A DNA stretch of 64,000 nucleotides, taken from contig CP147780.1 in assembly GCA_037310415.1 (NCBI GenBank), forward strand, positions 2,304,001-2,368,000, given 5' to 3'. The stretch comes from Candidatus Atabeyarchaeum deiterrae (GTDB lineage Archaea > Asgardarchaeota > Atabeyarchaeia > Atabeyarchaeales > Atabeyarchaeaceae). The notes beneath the pieces were generated by a model. That model saw nothing but the letters and a program-made list of their open reading frames with translations, searched no databases and was not told where the DNA came from. Below, in pieces: positions 60,354 to 64,000 of the stretch. A program made the position numbers and the translations under genes. The number at the start of each line of letters is the position of its first letter. Positions within the stretch are counted from its first letter, which is position 1.

Positions 60354-60962
60354 TTAATCAGCATGACAGTTCCTCTGTTTGCGGGGTGCGCCAGCTATGT
60401 TCTCGAACCGTTTCTGAATACAGGGATGTGTGTCGAAGAGCCGTTTCATCCTGCCAATCAGTCCATGTTTCTCGGGATTGCCATACATGAGCCTCAACGC
60501 CTGCCTAATGGACTTCTTACCTGCAATTTTTGCAGCCAGAGTGTCAGCCCGCAACTCATCCCTCCTGTCTCTCCACCTTGAGATCAAAATGGAGACACGA
60601 TAACTGACGTATAGAACGGCTAATATCGCAAGCAACGTTACATCACACCTAACGAAAGGAGGAAGCGCTGCAGCAAGCATTGGATACATCACAACAAAAA
60701 TGATCGCAGACAGGATCTCCAGGGCAATCAAAAGCATGATATGCAAGCAAAGGCGTCTCCAGTAATTCCTGCAATGGTACCCCTCGTGAGCAATCACGCT
60801 TCTCATCTGCTGCTCGCTTAGACTTGAAACGAGTATAGGTGCGATGCTTATCCTCCCGTATTTCGTATCCGCATAATGAGCATCAACCGAAACTGCAATT
60901 TTGGGGATCTTTTCCAAACCTATCTTTACTGAAACCTCCTTCGCAAGCTTTCCTAAGTTCAC
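60354..60962 (-). CDS. M48 (HtpX-like) membrane zinc metallopeptidase
   Basis: VIAHEGYH, two TM helices, ELRAD, THP..KR. Confidence 0.85.
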   Translation of the reverse strand: MNLGKLAKEVSVKIGLEKIPKIAVSVDAHYADTKYGRISIAPILVSSLSEQQMRSVIAHEGYHCRNYWRRLCLHIMLLIALEILSAIIFVVMYPMLAAALPPFVRCDVTLLAILAVLYVSYRVSILISRWRDRRDELRADTLAAKIAGKKSIRQALRLMYGNPEKHGLIGRMKRLFDTHPCIQKRFENIAGAPRKQRNCHAD

Positions 60963-60964
60963 CC

Positions 60965-61150
60965 TTACATGCCCCCATAGACAGCCAACTTCTCTACGTT
61001 TGTCTTTGCCACATCTTCGATCTTCCCAGTCAAGTCTCCAACCTCTGCTGATTTTCCCTCTCCACTAAGGAATTCCCCCTTCACTGCGATGTCAATACAA
61101 GCTATGCTATGTGGCGTTCTTAAATCTTCCATTCCTCCCACAGACGACAA
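60965..61150 (-). CDS. Small hypothetical protein (61 aa, start uncertain)
   Basis: Stop lies 2 bp before the M48 start, suggesting an operon. Confidence 0.4.
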   Translation of the reverse strand: MSSVGGMEDLRTPHSIACIDIAVKGEFLSGEGKSAEVGDLTGKIEDVAKTNVEKLAVYGGM

Positions 61151-61552
61151 ACCCGTTATCGGTATTCGCTCGTCCTCGTTGTCGTCTTAAACCTAGTGGA
61201 AATTTATAGAATAATGTCCCTATTGAAATAGGTGGCTTTCCATAGGAGTCGATTCAAGGTGCACTGCACCGAAACCGAGCCCCTCATCGGAACGCAACAG
61301 TCCGTTTACATAGTATTGCGCGCTGCAAGCTCTCAGCCCACATTTGTGTTATTTGCCGAACTTAAGAACTCAACGGAAGTAGTTCCGCAATTCCTCCATC
61401 CTTTGAAAAAAGGGTGGTCTCCTTGCGGAGGTTTCTATGAGGCGACTCATATCCTTTCTTGCGGATAGCGGCATTTACCTTCATCCGAAAAATCAATAAA
61501 TATCTGTTCTCTCTCTTGGATCCACTATGCTCGAAGGAGAGGTGTGACTCAT

Positions 61553-62449
61553 ATGAAGATTGAAAATGTTAGGAAGATTGCTGTTCTTGGCTCTGGCATA
61601 ATGGGAACCGGCATAGCGGAAGCGGCTGCAAAAGCTGGTTATTCTGTTGCGATGACTGATGTCTCCGAAGAACTGGTCAAGCTTGGGATTGAGACTATAA
61701 AGACAAGTTTGAACAGGATTGTTAACAAGGGTAAGATAAGTAAAGCAGATGCAGATGCCGCGCTGTCAAGGATCAAGGGAACAACCAACATGAAGGAAGC
61801 GGTAAAAGATTCGAATGTGGTAATTGAGGCGATAAGCGAAGATATCACCCTGAAGAAGCGAGTCTTCAACGAATTGGATCAGATCTGCCCCAAGGAGACA
61901 GTCATTGCTTCAAACACATCTGCCATAATGATAACGGATCTCGCTTCGGCAACAAAGAGAGGAGACAGGTTCATCGGGATGCACTTCTTCAGTCCTGCGC
62001 AGATCATGAAACTCGTCGAGATTATCAGAGGAACAGAAACGTCAGAAGAAACATATCAACTGACAAAGGATCTTTCAGTCAAAATGGGCAAGGTACCCAT
62101 TGCCGTAAATGATTCGCCAGGCTTCTTCACGACAAGATATATCACAGCCTGTGCCGCTGAAGCCGTTAGACTTTTCGAGAGCGGAATAGCCGGTATAAAG
62201 GATATAGACACAATGTGTAAGCTTGCGTTCAACTTCCCTACCGGACCTATTGAGTTGGCAGATTTCGTGGGTTTGGACACAATGCTCCATGTACTAGAAT
62301 ATCTTTTTGCGGAGACTGGAGACGCCCATTACGCGCCCCCGCTGATTGTAAAGAAGCTGGTCAAATCTGGATTCAAGGGGTTCAAACCAGGGTCAAAAGG
62401 AGGATTCTATGAGTATTTCAAAATAAAGAGAGAACCGCTACTGAAGTAG
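61553..62449 (+). CDS. 3-hydroxyacyl-CoA (3-hydroxybutyryl-CoA) dehydrogenase
   Basis: GSGIMG.GIA, IEAISE, SNTS, GMHFF.P, DSPGF, GPIELADFVGLD. Confidence 0.93.
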   Translation: MKIENVRKIAVLGSGIMGTGIAEAAAKAGYSVAMTDVSEELVKLGIETIKTSLNRIVNKGKISKADADAALSRIKGTTNMKEAVKDSNVVIEAISEDITLKKRVFNELDQICPKETVIASNTSAIMITDLASATKRGDRFIGMHFFSPAQIMKLVEIIRGTETSEETYQLTKDLSVKMGKVPIAVNDSPGFFTTRYITACAAEAVRLFESGIAGIKDIDTMCKLAFNFPTGPIELADFVGLDTMLHVLEYLFAETGDAHYAPPLIVKKLVKSGFKGFKPGSKGGFYEYFKIKREPLLK

Positions 62450-62492
62450 TGCAGCTCTTCTCTTACTGGATTCCCTTTTTTGTCGCAACGCG

Positions 62493-63650
62493 TTAGTGGC
62501 CTTTGATGTATCGGAGAACATCCTTGAGTATCTCTAGTGATTCCTTGTTCTTCACGGGTTCTATCATACCCGTCATGTTCCAAAAGACAATATGCTGCAA
62601 CCCCGCTTTAGCAAGTTTTTCTACGTTTCCGATGATTTCGTCCTTAGTGCCGTGAACCAAGCAAAACCCGACGGCTTTCTCAGGCACCTTCTTCATTGCT
62701 TCAAGCATCTGCGCTCTTGTGTATCTTGTTGGAATAAACTGGGTTAGGACGTTGAACTTCTGTCCCGGAGATGAGAAAGGGTGCCTGACCATGGCGGCAT
62801 CGAAAGCTCCCTCTTCTGATGTTGCCAGTGTCCAAGCTTTGGCTAGGGGCTTTTTGAATAGCTCGTGGCATTCATCATGAGTCTTAGCGACGAGTATCAT
62901 TGCGTAGAGACCAGCTGTAATCGAGTCAGGGTCGCGATCAACCTTTTTCGCTGCGTCATGAATAATCCCGAGATTCTTTCTGTACAGATCGTCAGCGTTG
63001 GGTACGTTGACGCCGACAGGTAGCCATCCGTCTGCGAGTTCGCCCGTGATCCTCAGCATCCTAGGACCCATGGCTCCAAGCCAGATCGGCGGATACTTAC
63101 CTTTCTTGTAAGGCTCAAGAGTCAGGACGGCGTCTTTTAGTGATGTGAACTTTCCTTGGAAGTCCTTTTTCTTGACTTGGTCAGACCAAAGCAACCGAAT
63201 GATTCTCAGGTTCTCCTCAAGCTTCGACACAGGGCAACTGAAGTCCATGCCGTATGGCTCGACGTTTTCTATTTCACCTGCGCCTAGACCAAGGATTGTT
63301 CTGCCTCCGCTTATGTGGTCCAGGGTCAGCGCTGTCTGCGCGACAACAGCAGGATGTCTTCTTATTGTTTCAGTGACGCTGGTTCCGAGAGTTATCTTGC
63401 TTGTGGCAGTTGCATGTGCTGCCATTAGAACAAGCGGGTCAGGAAACGTATGAGGGGAATTCTGAAACATCGCCAATGGGGTTATGTCTGGTGTCCAAAT
63501 CGTCTCAGAAAGCCAGCCCATTAGGTGATCAGGGTACCACATCGAGTCATAGCCAAGTTCCTCTATTCTCTTGGCGGACTGCACTGATTTGTCATAAGGG
63601 AAGACAAACGGAGCGAGAGTTCCGACTTTTACCTCGTGGATGTCTACCAT
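62493..63650 (-). CDS. Luciferase-like (LLM) flavin/F420-dependent oxidoreductase
   Basis: GYDSMWYPDH, LGTSVT, RHPAVVAQ..TLDHISGGR.ILGLGAG, PPIWLGA.GPRMLRITGELADGW. Confidence 0.9.
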   Translation of the reverse strand: MVDIHEVKVGTLAPFVFPYDKSVQSAKRIEELGYDSMWYPDHLMGWLSETIWTPDITPLAMFQNSPHTFPDPLVLMAAHATATSKITLGTSVTETIRRHPAVVAQTALTLDHISGGRTILGLGAGEIENVEPYGMDFSCPVSKLEENLRIIRLLWSDQVKKKDFQGKFTSLKDAVLTLEPYKKGKYPPIWLGAMGPRMLRITGELADGWLPVGVNVPNADDLYRKNLGIIHDAAKKVDRDPDSITAGLYAMILVAKTHDECHELFKKPLAKAWTLATSEEGAFDAAMVRHPFSSPGQKFNVLTQFIPTRYTRAQMLEAMKKVPEKAVGFCLVHGTKDEIIGNVEKLAKAGLQHIVFWNMTGMIEPVKNKESLEILKDVLRYIKGH

Positions 63651-64000
63651 TTCATTTCTTCACCACTTAGGCATTCAACTATGAGCTATGTTCTTGAATA
63701 AGTTCAGTAACTCGTCTATTCAGTTCTTCTACTTAAAATTACTCACAACCAAAAACTGGCTTCCCATGAAGCATCTGAGTGGAAGATTTAGCGGAAGACC
63801 AGATCGTGTTTGCTTCATTCATAATTGCGGTTGATGCTTGTAGGCAATGCATGTCTCAAGTCAACATTCATGAAAACAAGGGGGGGAGCGGTGGGGGTTG
63901 AGGCTGCAGTGGACCTGGGTGGAGTGGGGTTGGGGGATCTGGCACTGGGTCAAATGGGTTTGGCATTTGCTTAATCACTGTCTTCAGTCTTTGCTGAACT

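Larger units (their letters stand above)
58832..61230. mobile_element. Putative site-specifically integrated 2.4-kb cassette without a recombinase
   Basis: 12-bp direct repeat CCTATTGAAATA at 58832-58843 and 61219-61230; excision would restore the perfect palindrome CCACCTATT-GA-AATAGGTGG. Confidence 0.6.

Noticed and set aside
1-64000. Numerous short antisense or overlapping ORFs, and tRNA/rRNA genes
   Set aside because: The ORFs are shadows of well-supported genes. No tRNA cloverleaf/T-loop or rRNA sequence was recognised.
63971-64000. Possible C-terminus of a minus-strand gene (SSAKTEDSD*)
   Set aside because: Too little sequence in the window to support a call.

Overview
This is a 64 kb archaeal chromosomal segment, most likely Asgardarchaeota. 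That call is an inference from two Rab-like GTPases, a longin-Arf-like GTPase fusion, longin/uDENN-like proteins and archaeal-type PurC/Lrp genes. Most of the window is housekeeping and metabolic genes: NAD synthetase, PurC, IlvE, acyl-CoA metabolism, a GH38 mannosidase, a TusA-DsrEFH sulfur relay and two GH3 acyl-adenylating enzymes. Three regions stand out. (1) A complete type I-B CRISPR-Cas locus (cas6-cas8b-cas7-cas5-cas3-cas4-cas1-cas2 plus a 43-repeat array) is bracketed by 31-bp bipartite terminal inverted repeats and a 6-bp direct repeat (AGCATA). It looks like a 12.6-kb mobile element that encodes no transposase or integrase. Its cas4, cas1 and cas2 share one reading frame, and cas2 lacks a canonical start codon. 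(2) A 2.4-kb recombinase-less cassette (HEPN-motif protein, M48 peptidase, small ORF) is inserted through a 12-bp shared core into what reconstructs as a perfect palindrome. (3) An operon couples a 1604-aa single-pass surface protein to uDENN/longin, Arf-like GTPase, coiled-coil and winged-helix proteins, with an adjacent Rab-like GTPase. All calls are by eye from motifs; no searches were run.
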